Assembly: GCA_010093995.1 (NCBI GenBank)
Contig: ML992501.1
Span: forward strand, 62,001 to 126,000
Direction of reading: 5' to 3'
Length of the DNA: 64,000 bases
From: Elsinoe ampelina
Taxonomy: Eukaryota
Shown: positions 12,860 through 26,268 of the stretch, in pieces
How positions within the stretch are numbered: the stretch's first letter is position 1
Layout of the letters: every line of letters begins with the position of its first letter
Translations under genes and position numbers: made by a program
Notes under the pieces: model-generated
Database searches by the model: none
Told to the model about the DNA's origin: nothing
What the model saw: the letters and a program-made list of their open reading frames with translations, nothing else

Positions 12860-13033
12860 TACATACAGTCACGAATCTCAGACTTGGATGGATCGACGCG
12901 GGAGCTTTATGACATATCCAATTGAAGGGGTATTCGCAGGCCCATCGTCCTAAAATTATGCACGAATTGAATCTCCCGTCCCTCTCAAGAAGGACCCAAA
13001 GCCTGTTCTCACTCGCGGCGGGACTTCCATGTT

Positions 13034-16000
13034 CTACCTGATCGCCCCCTTCATATCCTTCCTCTGCAGCCTATTTCCTTTCTGCTCCTTGGGTATCTTT
13101 CCTCCGTTCCGCTTGATCTCCTCCAGACGATCGATCGCCTTGGGGAACTTGTAGCTCGCTGCACGTCCATACCACCGCTTTGCTTCTTCCAGATTGGCAG
13201 GACATCCGATGCCGGTCTCGGTGTAGTAGCCCATTGCAAACATGGCCTTTGCCAGTGGAGGATCTGCGGACGCAGCCTTCCTGGCCCAGAGATATGCTTC
13301 TTGATCCGAGTTCTCCAAGATCCCTTCTGCTCCTGTCAAATACCTTCTGAAGTTAGCGACGAATTTCAAGCGGAAACGGACCATGGTCAACTCACCATCC
13401 ACTCAATGCCAGCTCAGCTGCATGATCGCCCTGAGCTGCTGCCTTGCTATACCAAGCGATGCTACTCCTTGCATCAACCGGTAGACCGAGCGAGCCGTAT
13501 TCGTAAGCCTGGCCCAGACGGCACTGACTACCTTTCCAGCCCAATTCGGCCGCCTTGAAGAATAATTCCCTACTGTAGTTCTCGTCCCCAACAACTTTGC
13601 CCCTGACCTCTCGATCCGGATTCTCAGGCTCGTACAACAGCGCCAGCTCATGTAGCGCATGCGGATTGTCCCTGTCTGCCTTCTCTGCAGCCCTCTTCAA
13701 CCACCTTTCTGCCTCGGGGATGTTCTTCGGTTGGCTCAGAAGACCTTTCAAGCAGATTATGCCGAGCTTGAACATGGCACTGACATCTTGAAGCTGTGCC
13801 GCGCGTCGATACCACTGCACGGCTTTGACCACGTCTCTTCTTGTTCCACCACCTTCTTCGGGCCCTATCTCGCAACACACGGCTGTGCGGTATGCGGCAG
13901 CAGCGTGTCCTGCTTTGGCGGCTTGCTGGTACAGTGCAAACGCTTCCTTTGGGTCTTCGTCAAGCCCGAGTAATCCAGAACCATGGCAGTCTGCAAGGTA
14001 GAACATGGCGTCCGGGTAGCCTGCTGACACAAGTTTCTTGACGCGGCGATGGGCATCGAAGATGTACCTCTCACGATTCTTGCTGGTCTGACGTGCATCC
14101 AGGCGTCCATTTTCGGAGGCAAGAGTCGTACTAGCTTCAACAAGACGTTTTGCAAGCAGCAAAGCGGTAGCAAAATCCTGGGGATGAGCATTCACCATGG
14201 ACTGTAGATGATTGATCTCGGCCATTGTGACGGGACCTTGGACCGATTGCCTTCTGGAGTCGACCGGCGAGATTGAGCTCGGAGGAGATGCTGGATGACG
14301 AGCGCCCATACCACTGCTCGCTGGATTGATGTTGAGAGGCTGACCAGGACCAGAAGGACCGCGGCGGCTGCCATTGGACATTTGAGACTGAGTTGAAGGG
14401 GGTCGATCGAGACCAGGTCGAAACGGTGCAGGATGATGCGGCAAAGAGTCAGGGTTGCTGGACATGCTGTTCATGCTTGCAGGCGTGGGTGGCATGCTGT
14501 TTGGTCCTGGGCCCATACCACCGGACATCATTGGTATTCCATTCTGAGGACGCATGTTGGGAGAACCATAGTTGCCCTGCATCGGAGGTGCGGAAGGTGC
14601 TCGTCCTGGTTGACTGTGACCGCTAGCACCAGATTGATTTCGATCCATGGATGGTCGACCGTAAGCATCAGCAGTACCTGGACGCTGTACAGGTGGACGA
14701 GCATTGAAACTGTTCGGTCCAGGCGTCCCCATAGCTTGGCGGCTGTTCGCATAAGGGTCACGAGAAGCGTATTGATTCTGATATGGTTGAGGCGGCTGAT
14801 TCGCTGGGTGAGGTCCCATGCCAGCCCCTGGCCCGTAACTATTGCCATTAGAGCGTTGCTGACCAGAACCCGGCGGGCCGCGCATATTCGGTTGGGAATA
14901 AGCTGCATTCGGATTCTGGTAGGGCGCTTGCTGGAGAGGAGCGGGATCGGGTCGCATGTTGGGCTGAGATTGGGTCGCATTGGGATTCTGGTATGGAGTC
15001 TGGTGTCGCGGCATGGGTGGAGGTACTTCCGATGCAGGAGTGAGGTGTTCATCAATCGTCTTTCCACGCCTGTGTCCGGATCCGCCTCCTCCAAACTCAG
15101 GCATGTCTCTTTCGATCTCCTCGTCTCTGTTGCGAGGCGATGAGCTCGGAAGTCCTCCAAGATCATTGCCGTAGTAGTCTGCGTAGACTTCGGATTGACT
15201 GTTCTGTTTGGCGTGATGGGGACCTTGCGGATGCTGATGGTCATTCATTGGGGGGCTGCGATAGCCATTTGGGGCAGTCCCTGGCCTTATGGGCATGTTC
15301 ATCGGACGCTGACTTTCGAATGACGGCTGCTGCTGCGGCTGAGGTCGAGCATGACCAACAGGAGTCCCTCGTTGGTCGTACTGTTCTCGAGACTCGTAGC
15401 TGTTTTGTCGTGGTGGTCCTCGAGGAGGTTCGCCATGTCCAGCCATTTGTGGTGGAGACCTGGATTGTCCATTCGAGGGCCGATCGCCTCTGTGCGCACC
15501 GTTCGAAGTCCCTGGTCGCTCTTGACCATGCATAGGTCGGTCGCCTCTGTGCGCACCATTTGAAGTTCCAGGTCTCTCCTGACCATGCGGCGGACCATCG
15601 CGCATTTGAGCCAACGACGGCGTCTTTTTGGCAACTGGAAACGTTGGAAAAGCATTGTCTTGAGGCATCTCGGTAGGAGAGACTGGCTCAATTAGTGGTC
15701 TCCGGGATTTTTGATGACGTGGATCCATCCTGTCGTCCGAAGCTGATCTGTCCAGGGGAGGTGGTTGGTTCCTTTGTCTGGATTGACCGCCTTGTCGTGG
15801 TAGATCGAAAGAGTTGGGTCCCTGCATAGGCGGGCTTTGTGGGCCGCGGTTGACGTGATGGGGCATCGAATTGGCATATTGCGGCTGCTGATATATTTGA
15901 CGTGGGCCTCGATCGTAGCCCTGGTCATGGTCGTTGTATCCTCCTCGTCCATAGTCTTGGGCCGGCGGTCCTCTCGGTCCCGGTTCCTGTCTCATGCGTG

Positions 16001-16199
16001 GCGTTCCTCGCTGTTGACCGCCTGGAGGGCCGTAAGAGTTTTGCGCATAGCCTTGGTCATATTGTCCCTGATCTTGATATGCATAGCCATCATCATAACC
16101 TTGGTCGTAGCCTCTTTGTTGAGGTGGTGCTTGTTGTCGGTGTTGTGGGTAGTAGTGCCTGCCAGGCGCTTGGTAGGCGGCGTGTTGATCGTAAGCCAT
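13034..16199 (-). CDS. Sel1-repeat chitin synthase activator (Chs4/Skt5-like) with long Q/P/G-rich N-terminus
   Basis: Sel1-like repeats (YPDAMFYLADC, AAAYRTAVCCEIG, WYRRAA, AELALSGW|YLTGAEGIL, AMFAMGYYTETGIGC). Intron ~13343-13396. Confidence 0.88.
15478..15590 (-). repeat. In-frame 19-codon tandem duplication (HGQERPGTSNGAHRGDRP x2) in the Chs4-like N-terminus
   Basis: Repeated peptide visible in the translation, with synonymous divergence at DNA level. Confidence 0.8.
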
Positions 16200-17566
16200 A
16201 GTGTTTCCAAGAGCCAGTAGCTGGAATATCGTTAAAAATCTAGCATGTCGTCTTCCGAGTTGACCTCGAGGAGTGCTTGATCTGCTCTGCGGCTGTCCCG
16301 CGGTGTCTCAGATGAGTGAGGGCCAGGTGTCGCACTCTTCTGAAATGTGTTTCGTAGAGCAAGGCCGATATCGAGAGGTAGTCCCGCTCAGCGAATGTGT
16401 CGCAAGGTCCGATTGTCAAGAGGTATTGTGGTGGATGGACAGGTCGGAGGGATGTGTATCGCGATCTTGACCGTTGCGATTGAGGGACGTGTGACCGGGC
16501 AACAACCTCTAACAGCTGGTTGTAATAAAGAGGGAGAAGGGAAGTAACGAACAACCCTGGAAAGGAGTGAAGGAAGAATCAAGGCGCCGTCCAGGGCTCT
16601 GGCAATCAATCAATGGTCGTCGGCGGCTGCAACAGACAGAGTACAGAAGCAGGCGTGTGAGATTCAAATGCAGGCACTTTGACAGATTGACACTGCGATC
16701 GGCGGCAGCGGAACACCAAAAAGGTCGAGGCTCCACTCTTCTTTCTCTCACAAATTGCTGTGTCGCGAGTAAATTGCGGCGGGATGAAAGAGTGGCGGTG
16801 CTTGTGTGGCGGTGTCATTTTCAGGAACGAGCAAGCTGAGCAAACCTTGATTTCCATCTTGTTCTTGTCAAGTCAACAACCTGATTTGATGCGTGGAATT
16901 TGATAAAACTACCAGCTGACCATGGCCTTTCATCATCCGTCACCACGTCGCGTTGTCCATGTGTTCGAGGTGGTTTGAACGCGGTCCAGTGTGGCCAGTG
17001 CCTGGATCTGGCCTCCACAAAGCTGATACAAGGTCATCGTCATTCTTGTTTGGGACGTGTCGCGTCTGGACATGGTTTCTTGATGCAGTATGATGATGAA
17101 TCCATGTGCCAGAGCAATGAGAGGAATGGCCTATTCACTTTTCGTTGCCGCGGACCCGAGATATGAGCAGACATCTTCACCGGCCCTCCGTTTTGTGTTT
17201 GGCGTGATCTGGAGAACCCCGCCGCCAATCTTCCCGTCTCTCGGCCCTCGGGGTGTTTCCGCCCTCTTTTGCCGGTTTTGCAGACCGATGGCAGCCGCCC
17301 AGGAGCCGTGGCCGCCCTTTTGGTGGAGTTTCCCCAAGATCTCAGGGCAAGCTTCGACTCGTTCTCCATACCCGAGGACGCGATACCCTCGGGTGCGGCA
17401 GTAGGTACAACGTTGGACGAGAGCTGTCCTCAGAGAGCTTCGTCTTGGTCAATGATTCTTCTTCAAATGCCGAAGTCCATGTAACGTCTCTAATATAGGT
17501 TCATTTGTCCTCCTTCTTCACACTTAGCACCTTTCACCACGCACAACTTGCTACAACCTCATCGCC

Positions 17567-19633
17567 ATGGCTCTAGGTACGTCGGCATCTCCAATCGGGG
17601 CAAAATCTGGCGTCGTCGTTTCGTAGAGATCCGCAATTGTTCTTAATCGTAGAATTTCGAGAAAGCTGATCTAACATGGCGATAGACATTGGAACAACAG
17701 CCCTCGCCGCTGCTGGTGCGCTGGCAGGCGTGGCTTATCTCGATGCCAAACACCACATCACGAAAGACCTAACCGCCATATCCAATACAAAGAAATACAC
17801 AGGACAGTTCGCTTCAGCAGCAAAAGCACAGCGAGCATCACTATGGTACCTCTTTGAGCAATCAGTAAAGCGTATGCCCAAGACCGAAGAATGCATCTGG
17901 TCACGCCAAGGTACCTACAACTGGCAGGACACTCACGCAAATGCCTGTCGATATGCACAATTCTTACTCGATAACGGCGTACAGTCTGGTGAGCTGGTTG
18001 CTTTCTACCTCATGAACTCGCCCGAATTCGTCTTCTCCTACCTCGCTTCATGGTCCATCGGAACTGCTCCGGCCCTGATAAACTACAATTTGGCTGGTGA
18101 TGCACTGATCCACTGTCTCAAACTTTCGGGAAGCAAGGTCATCCTCGTAGATGAGGAGTCCGACTGCCGCGCTCGCATCGAGGAATCTCGCTCACGGATC
18201 GAGGAGCTGGGGATGCGCATTGTCATTCTCGACGCAGAAACCAAGACTTATCTCCTTTCTCTTCCTCCAAAACGACCAGAGCGCAAGTATCGAGCTGCTG
18301 TGCAACCGTCGTGGCCAATGTGCCTCATCTACACATCTGGCACCACCGGTCTGCCCAAAGCCTGCCCGTTTCCTATGGGAGCTGCCTGGACAGTTGGTAA
18401 ATACCGTCAGAAATCGAACAACCTCAAAGTCGGTCCTGGAGGTGACAGATGGTACGACTGCATGCCCATGTATCATGGTACAGGCACCACTTGTTTGGTT
18501 GGCTGTATGACTGCCGGTCTCACCTTGTGCATCGGTCGGAAGTTCTCTGTATCAAAGTTCTGGGATGAACTACGAGACTCTCGCGCAACCACATTCGTCT
18601 ACGTCGGCGAGACCGCTCGGTACCTCGTCAATGCTCCGCCGTCACCAAGAGATCGAGACCACAGAGTCAAGTCTGTCTGGGGTAACGGAATGCGACCCGA
18701 TGTCTGGGAACGTTTCCGGGATCGATTTGGCATTCCGACAATTGTCGAGTTCTTCAACTCCACAGAGGGCATGTTCTCTCTCTGGAATAAGAACGATGGT
18801 GAATACACCGCTGCAGCTGTAGGGCACCACGGTGCTCTTCTCCGCCGTCAATTCCAGAACATCTATGTCCCTGTAGCCCTCGACCACGAAAAGGGTGACA
18901 TCTGGCGCGATCCCAAAACTTCCTTTGCGAAGCGGGTACCTTACGAGGAAGGAGGCGAGATTCTTGTCTATGTCGGCGACAACAAGGCCGCATTTGCAGG
19001 CTATTGGAACAATCCGGAAGCGACAGAGAAGAAGTTCATTACAGATGTGTTCAAAAAGGGCGACCGATACTACCGCACAGGTGATGCTCTTCGCCGGACG
19101 AAGGACGGGAGATGGTACTTTATGGACAGACTGGGCGACACATTCCGATGGAAGGGCGAGAATGTCTCCACAGCCGAAGTCGCAGAGTGCATAGGGCGTT
19201 TCGAAGGCGTGGCAGAGGCCAACATCTACGGTGTTGAGCTGCCTTGTATGTTTCCGACCCTCTCAATGCTTTCCGTTCCTGACTAACATTCTCAGCCCAT
19301 GACGGTCGCGCCGGCTGCGCAGCGCTCTACATCGAACCCGCCAACCGTGCTACATTCAACTACAACGCCCTCCTTGCTCACTGCCGGAAACAGCTCCCCA
19401 AGTACGCCGTACCCATCTTCCTCCGCCTCATCGAGGAGCAGAACCTAGGGCACAACAACAAGCAGAATAAGGTACCGTTGAGGAATGAGGGTGTGGATCC
19501 GATCAAGATAAGGAATGGCACAGCAGGGCCGAAGGATCGGATACTTTGGGTGCGGAGTCAGAAGCATGAGCAGTATGAGGAGTTTGGGGAGAGGGAGTGG
19601 GCTGCGATCACGGGAGGGAGGGTGAGATTGTAG
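17567..19633 (+). CDS. Very-long-chain acyl-CoA synthetase / fatty acid transport protein (FATP, Fat1-like)
   Basis: Exons 17567-17576, 17686-19245, 19296-19633. AMP-binding IYTSGTTGLPK, FNSTEG, YRTGD, DRLGDTFRWKGENVSTAEV, HDGRAGCA. Confidence 0.92.
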
Positions 19634-21020
19634 TTCATGTGCTGCAGATGTAAAGACTTCACCAGTTTGCCATTGGACTTCTCGATATGCGATGTTACAA
19701 CCTCTTGTCGTCTCCCATGGAAGGCTTTGTAGACTTTGAATTGGTTGATGATAAGTTTCTCTGCCAGCGGATTTGTCGGTCGTTCGACCAAGTCAACCTA
19801 TGGTTTCTGGACCCTTCATGGCCATGCATAAGGGAAGCTTGTCGACATGCTTGCGGCTCCGAGCGACGTGTTCAAAAATAGATTGATCCGCGTCGCGCGT
19901 AAAGTGGCTGCATGAAAAGAGTGGAGCCCTTCAGGTTGCCTGTGAGGGTGGTGTGCATCATCTCGAACAACTTTCAACTTCAACACTACAGTGTCATTGA
20001 GCCAGATTGCCTGATCGGGTAGAGCGGTCCACGGCTCCAGGTCATGTTCTTATCGCGTTGTCGATGGTGAAGTCCGTGGACCCGGCATCGAATGATTGAG
20101 CCAAACACTGATCTTCATCACCTTATGCACTCTCGCTTGACATTTGGGAATACCAACATCCGATCCAATAAGCATTTCGCCATACGAGGATACTTCATGC
20201 GAACTGCAAATCCAATCAATAACGACACATCCACGTGCAGGTGCAGGTGGGTAGCCATGACGATCCGGACCCGCCATCCAGTGGCATCCACTAGATCCAA
20301 CAAGCGCCCGCAGAACCAACGTCGATCTTGTTACCCTCATCCCGTCTTCGACATTGTACCAAGCACTTTGTTCGGAAACTCTGCTGGGCCGAGATGACAT
20401 CTCCAGAGCTTCTTCAGACTTTTCAGCCTGGCCGGAGAAGAGGTCACGGCTGGCCCTGCTCAGCAGACCTGAAGTCTATCGCGGACCCTTGGAGCGGCCA
20501 AAGTCCATCAAGACTTGAATCGGAGGAGTAGAGGACGAACTCGTAAGAATTGAACACCAACATGTCTGGAGTTGGCATGCTCGATCGCTAGTAGAGACAT
20601 CTCGATACATGCCACCCCGCAGGATGCGCTTGCTGACTGTACACAGGACACTTGCATCAAAGCAGCAAATACGAATCAGGCTACCCCCACCCAGGGATAC
20701 ATTTGCATCATACTCCAGTGCGGCTGCTGCTAACCTTGTCGTCCCCTTCACCAGGCCGACCAAGATCTCCCAAGCCGCCCCGCCAGGCCGTGCTGGGGAC
20801 CATCCACTGGCTGGTAGTACTCGGGCTTACCCACACCTCTAATCATCCTCTGCCTTCTCCATATCTTGTGTCTTATTCTGCCCTGCCGCCATGCTCAAGC
20901 CACGAGGCTCTTGACCTCTGCCCTGCGCCTTGTCTGGTTTCCTTCATGTTTGAATACAAAAATCTCTGACCACAACATTCCCTTGCGACAATTGGACGAG
21001 GGTCTTTGTTTCGGACAGGC

Positions 21021-22904
21021 ATGCCATCGCTCCTTTACGGCAGGAATGCAGATGGCGCATCTTCGGATTCGCCCGCTGCCGCAGACGACGAGGCCACTCT
21101 CGGCCCGCAACTCCTTCGAGTATCAATAACATTGGCTGTCTTGACCTTCCTGGTCGCATGCCATAGAATCGTCTTTGTATGGATGCGACGGGGCTTCTTG
21201 GGCGTTGAGGAAATCATTCTTGCTGTTGCAGTGGTATGTTGACCCGCGATCAGACCGCAAACAATCACTGACTCGATCTAGTTCTTCCTCGTCGCACTGA
21301 CCGCAGTCAATGGCGCAGGTCGGTGTACTCAGACCATCTCTATGAACTCCTTACTGACACGTACAGCTGTCGACAATGGCCTGGGTCACTACATCCTCTC
21401 CTTCCCAAGCATCGCCGGCAACGTTGACGTCGCTCTCAAGGTTTGCCACTCCATGTTTGTCGATTACACATCGTTCTGACCATGACAGCTCTACCATGTG
21501 TCTCTTATCATCTACCAGATCGCCATTCCACTGAAGAAGCTTGTCTTCTTGACACTCTACCTCCGCCTGTTTCCATATCGCCGCATTCCACTCCTCACCA
21601 AGATCACCATTGGTGTCGTCTCGATCATCTCTACTGTCTTCTTCATCCTGATATTCACTCCTTGCCGTCCGCTCTCTGTTCTCTACACTGCTCAGCCTCC
21701 ATCTCCCGGCACTTGCATCTCTACCACCACCATTTCTTACGTTCACACAGGTTATGACCTGCTAACCGATATCTGGATACTGGCCCTGCCCTTTCCCGCC
21801 CTACAAACACTCAAGTCTCCTCTTGCCCGAACCGTCTCTGGCTCCGTCCTTCTATGCCTCGCTGCCTTCTCTTGCGCCCTTATCGGCGCCCGCACCGCCT
21901 CACTTGCATCGGCAGACAATGCCCGCAAACAAGGCGATTACACCCACGACCCAACTCAGGTCCTACTATGGAGCCACATCGAGGTCTCCGTCGGACTGAT
22001 CTGCACTTGCGTCCCAAGTCTCAAGCAACCCCTGAAGAGCATCTGGGGTGTCAGCATGACTATGCAACGTAGTGTAAGATCCGGCATCAGCCAGGTCAGC
22101 AGTCAAGTCGCTTCCGTCTCCAGGGAAGGGGTGCGGGAGAAGATGGTCGCGCGAGAATGGGAGAAGGAGATTGGCACCATGCCACGTTGGAGGGAGGATC
22201 GACCGATGGGGCTCTTCTCTGAAGCCGGTAGCAGAGTCAGCCTCGCGACCATCAGATCTGGTAGGAGGAGCGGAGAAACGGTGAGGAGCAAGCGGAAGAG
22301 CAAGGACAAGCGGAAGAGTGCAGATGCGAAGAGCGTTCGGAGTGTCGGTCGACGGAGTGGAGATGCAGTACGCGGCGCAGACGCAAAGGAAACTTGCAGA
22401 GTACCTCCCAGTCCGCCATGGAACACGCCTGCCTTTCCGAGTCCGGCCGTCGTCGGACCTGCGACTTATGCCAGCTATGGACACACGAGCTCGGAAGAAT
22501 CGACGCCGGTGATACGGAGTGTACAGGACAGCAGAGAGAGGTTGTTGAAGCCAAGCTACTTCTCACCTATCACGCCAACGCCGGCACCGGTCGTACACAA
22601 TCAACCTGTGAAGGGGCAGGAAGTGAGAAAGTCACCAAGTTCGCCACAGCTGCATAGCGAGAAGTGGGCGAAGCATATCATCGGCCAGAGGAGAGGGAGC
22701 GAGGACCATCCCCCACGACCACTGATGACGGGCAACGAGCAAGACTTGGAGAAGGCCACAGATGAGAGGAGACATACCACCGACGCTGTCATCGATGGCA
22801 GTCCGTACGGAGACGTCGCTGCTTTGAGCTATGCAATGAGTTGGGGCAGTGGACCTGGTGGAGATGAGGGCGAGGAGGTGCAGAAGATGTTCCGGGGCCT
22901 TTGA
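21021..22904 (+). CDS. PTH11-like / fungal rhodopsin-domain integral membrane protein with long disordered C-tail
   Basis: Several short exons 21021-~21490, then KLVFLTLYLRLF, DLLTDIWILALPFP, WSHIEVSVGLICTCVPSLK. Start and introns approximate. Confidence 0.8.
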
Positions 22905-23442
22905 CGTATTGGGCAATGTCGATATTCAGCTTCTGTGTAGTACTTTGAATTTCATGATGAGATGAGACAGCGTAGATACCAGGGCCATGTAATAACACTA
23001 GGCTGATGCAATAGGATTTCATTTAAGTTACTACTAAAATCCCTTATCACCACTTCAAAAGCCCTTTAACCTAGCCTTACTCGGCTGTCACTTCCCACAC
23101 ACAATATCAAGTCGGCACCCGACAAGAACCACAAAAGCGCATCAGTAGAGATCGGAGCAACTTGAGTTCCGTTTCTTCGAGCTGCAAGAACAGCAGGTCC
23201 GCTTGCTTGCGAAGTTGGTCTTCCCCAAATGCGCGACTACTAACGTCCCAAATCTCGCGGCAAGGTGCAAGGCGGATAGTACGATACAAAGGCAAAAGCG
23301 ATGCCTGCAAGTCTTTACGAGAACAAGAAGAACGATGGACAAGGCTTATTGCACGAGGTGAAGCTAAACCAGTGTATTGCCTCTCGAGTCGCAGACCAAC
23401 CTCGACGACTATATAGTCATCTCATCTGTCTATTCGCGAATG

Positions 23443-23742
23443 TCACAGCCCACGACATTCCTCACACACCTCATGCCGGCACATCATCACAGCGTTCTGG
23501 CACTTCGTCTCCGAGTTGACCTGGAAGCCACAGACGTGACACCTCCACCGTCCCAGCACCTGGCTTAGTCGGCATCGGTCCAGTCCGCAGAAATCGGTAC
23601 TTTCGGTCAACCATGAAATGGTAATCTTGTCACATAATCTTCTGCTGCCGTCTCGGTTTGTCCTGTGCGAGGCACAATACAGGGTCTGACCTGTGTAGCG
23701 AGGATGGCCGCATCGATAGCGGACTTTCTGGCGGGTGCACAT
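23443..23742 (-). CDS. Small Cys/His-rich protein, array copy 1 (99 aa)
   Basis: MCTRQKVRYRCGH...WRCHVC...CRHEVCEEC; matches array consensus. Confidence 0.8.
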   Translation of the reverse strand: MCTRQKVRYRCGHPRYTGQTLYCASHRTNRDGSRRLCDKITISWLTESTDFCGLDRCRLSQVLGRWRCHVCGFQVNSETKCQNAVMMCRHEVCEECRGL

Positions 23743-24016
23743 GGTCGAGGTGTTGACGTTCTGGAGAGATGGTGAGAGGTCTTGCTGGACGACGTGACTG
23801 ACCCTTTCAGCCATTCTGTAAGGAGGAGGACCTGGTACTCTTATCGTCGCCGAGTCGATGCCGGTAGCCTCAAAGCTGGAAGTGGCCGGGTCACAGCAGT
23901 TGCTAAGTGTCTCGCCACATCATGGACCAACACTCTGCCGCAGTTATCTTTTCTCTTGCTGGGGATCCTGGCGTACTTCTCGAAGATTAAAAAAGCCTAC
24001 GCTATCTGGTCAACCG

Positions 24017-24340
24017 TCAGCGGCTAACCTGGCCTCTTCTCGGACTCATGACCGACCACTGCAATTGTTCGCACTGGTAGCAGACATCGTGGCCACAAAC
24101 AGCATTGAGACAAAATCTACTTGATGTGACCCGGCTCGCGCACTTGCAGCACTTCCATTTTCGGCATCTCTTGCACATTGGTCTGCTGCAGAACTGGTCC
24201 ACAGCAATCTCCACATCTCTGAAACCACAGGGACATTGCGGATGCCCAAAGCGATCTCGACGAGCATTGATGCATGGTTCGATGTATCGTAAGGTGGCGG
24301 GATGACCGCATTTGCCGATTTCCTGCTTTCTGAGGCACAT
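24017..24340 (-). CDS. Small Cys/His-rich protein, array copy 2
   Basis: MCLRKQEIGKCGH...WKCCKC...CGHDVCYQC. Confidence 0.8.
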   Translation of the reverse strand: MCLRKQEIGKCGHPATLRYIEPCINARRDRFGHPQCPCGFRDVEIAVDQFCSRPMCKRCRKWKCCKCASRVTSSRFCLNAVCGHDVCYQCEQLQWSVMSPRRGQVSR

Positions 24341-24777
24341 CGATGTGTAGGCTTCGCTGTAAAGGACTTCGACCGAGCTGTTTCCAGGGTATGTATAAGC
24401 CAAAGAGGTCTAGGAGCTTGTTGCATGAAGTGACATGTTCTTCCCGGCAATCTGTCACCTCACAACGATACCGGTCAGAATGACGGACGACTTGCACGAC
24501 CACACCAGACTTTACAACACAGCACTCAAAGCAGACTGATAGATCGACGTAGCCTACCACACGGTAGACAGGTAATGCAACAGCGGGAAAGATTGATCTC
24601 CGACGTCAGCATGGTTGCACAACTACAGCAATCTCTACTTGCTACCACTGAATCGACCAATCACTGCAATATGTCCTCCACCTTCACCCCCGACATCGGC
24701 TGCAGATTCTCCTCTACTCCTCTTACTGCATTACTGGTAGTGTCAGCAGACACATCACATGCTCCAACTCCAGACAC

Positions 24778-25074
24778 TTACATGTCAACACCCATGCAAG
24801 ACTTGCATATGATGTGGGCACAGCTGTCCCTCGAGCATTGGGCCGCTGTGTTGACTTGCTTGGCACACTGGCAGCAGTGCCATCGATTCTTGGTCCGAGT
24901 CAGCTGGCATGCCGGGCGCGGGCACCACTGCTTGAGCTTCAGTTGCGCATGGTGAAAGCCTCGGTAGCATTGTGGTTGGCCCCAGATGTCGAGATAAGCT
25001 TTTGGGCATTTTTCGACGGTGCATTCGGGGAGGCTGTGGGTGCAGATGGCCATGTGTTGTTTGCGGAGGCACAT
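24778..25074 (-). CDS. Small Cys/His-rich protein, array copy 3
   Basis: MCLRKQHMAICTH...WHCCQC...CAHIICKSC; probable 3' intron 24734-24781. Confidence 0.82.
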   Translation of the reverse strand: MCLRKQHMAICTHSLPECTVEKCPKAYLDIWGQPQCYRGFHHAQLKLKQWCPRPACQLTRTKNRWHCCQCAKQVNTAAQCSRDSCAHIICKSCMGVDM

Positions 25075-25980
25075 GGTGATGAGTTGAATGTTTGATGGTG
25101 CCTGAACATGGAGCTCGCTGCGGAAATGTTGTGTTGAAGCTTCCTCGGAGCCATTTTATTCTTGAGCATCAGTGTCTGACTAGCACACAGCTTGCGGTAT
25201 TTGCTATGGCAGCAGAGTCCTGTGACGGTCACCAGGCGCTTACAGTCGGGCTCGCAGAGTCACAACATGGAAACCAAGGCTGAGGATGATCACCGTGGCA
25301 AGGTGACAGCACTGAGCTCATGTTCCTGGTAGGTTGCATGCTCAATTACTACCAGACAGCGCATGTTTAGTGCGGTACCACGTTCTCGAGCATGTCTATC
25401 AGCCAATTGTCCCGCAGTCCCGTGTCTCATGTGCGGATAATACAAATCCTTCATAGTCGTACACGGATTTGCTCGGACTTCTCTCGGCTCGCACAAGGCG
25501 GCCCTCCTCGTGGCGTCTGGTCAGGTACGCTGAAAGGTCAGGTCCAGCTGGAAAGGGGACTGGAACCCCCTACACGGTTGCCGATGACTTTGGTCATATT
25601 GGAATTCATGACGGTGCTGAGTGATGTGGCCCTCGTCCACAGTTCTGTCCACAGTTCTGTCCATGTCTTCTGCTCTCCGATACTATTCTAGTTCAGCTCA
25701 GGCGAGGTCTTTCGCATTCCATCAGAAGTTATGGTCAAGGACCGCGGCTGAGATCCAGGCCATCTCATCTCCGTTCTCGGACGTCAAGTAAGTATTTCCA
25801 ATCATCCACCTTTCAAGTGCGTTTGCACCTTTCATCACGTCTGTGATAATGATAGCTTGTCAAAGCATCTGAATGTAAAGCATTACTTCCCTATCTTCCC
25901 ATCATCATTCTACACCGCATTCACAAGTCCCCACAACAGCAATATAATCTCATCTCCCACAACTCAAGCAAGCCAGAACA

Positions 25981-26268
25981 ATGTGCACCCAACACACGAT
26001 TATCTACCACTGCCTTCACAGCACTCCGACTGGTGCTGTCTTCTGCATCACCGCTCATAACGAGCCACGACACCTCTACCAAATCAGACCTCAGCTCTGT
26101 GCCAACGTCACACATGTGATGCAGCGGTCCGAGCAGCTTTGTGGGAGGATGAGTTGTAGGCTGAGCCAGCTGCATGGCAGATGGAACTGCTGCGAATGCA
26201 AGAAGAGGAGGAATACGGATCCAAGATGTCCGAGATGTGAGCATGGGATCTGCGAGGATTGTAAGTAG
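25981..26268 (+). CDS. Small Cys/His-rich protein, array copy 4
   Basis: MCTQHTIIYHCLH...WNCCEC...CEHGICEDC. Confidence 0.82.
   Translation: MCTQHTIIYHCLHSTPTGAVFCITAHNEPRHLYQIRPQLCANVTHVMQRSEQLCGRMSCRLSQLHGRWNCCECKKRRNTDPRCPRCEHGICEDCK

Noticed and set aside
19700..21000. Several 60-116 aa ORFs between the FAT1-like and PTH11-like genes (and in 16240-17500)
   Set aside because: No recognisable motifs or consistent splice structure; treated as intergenic or promoter sequence
25290..25496. ORF-track entry starting MCEPRE
   Set aside because: Non-ATG start and no conserved Cys pattern; not an array member
25635..25663. 12-bp tandem repeat GTCCACAGTTCT (about 2.4 copies)
   Set aside because: Too short; ordinary slippage duplication, not a spacer array
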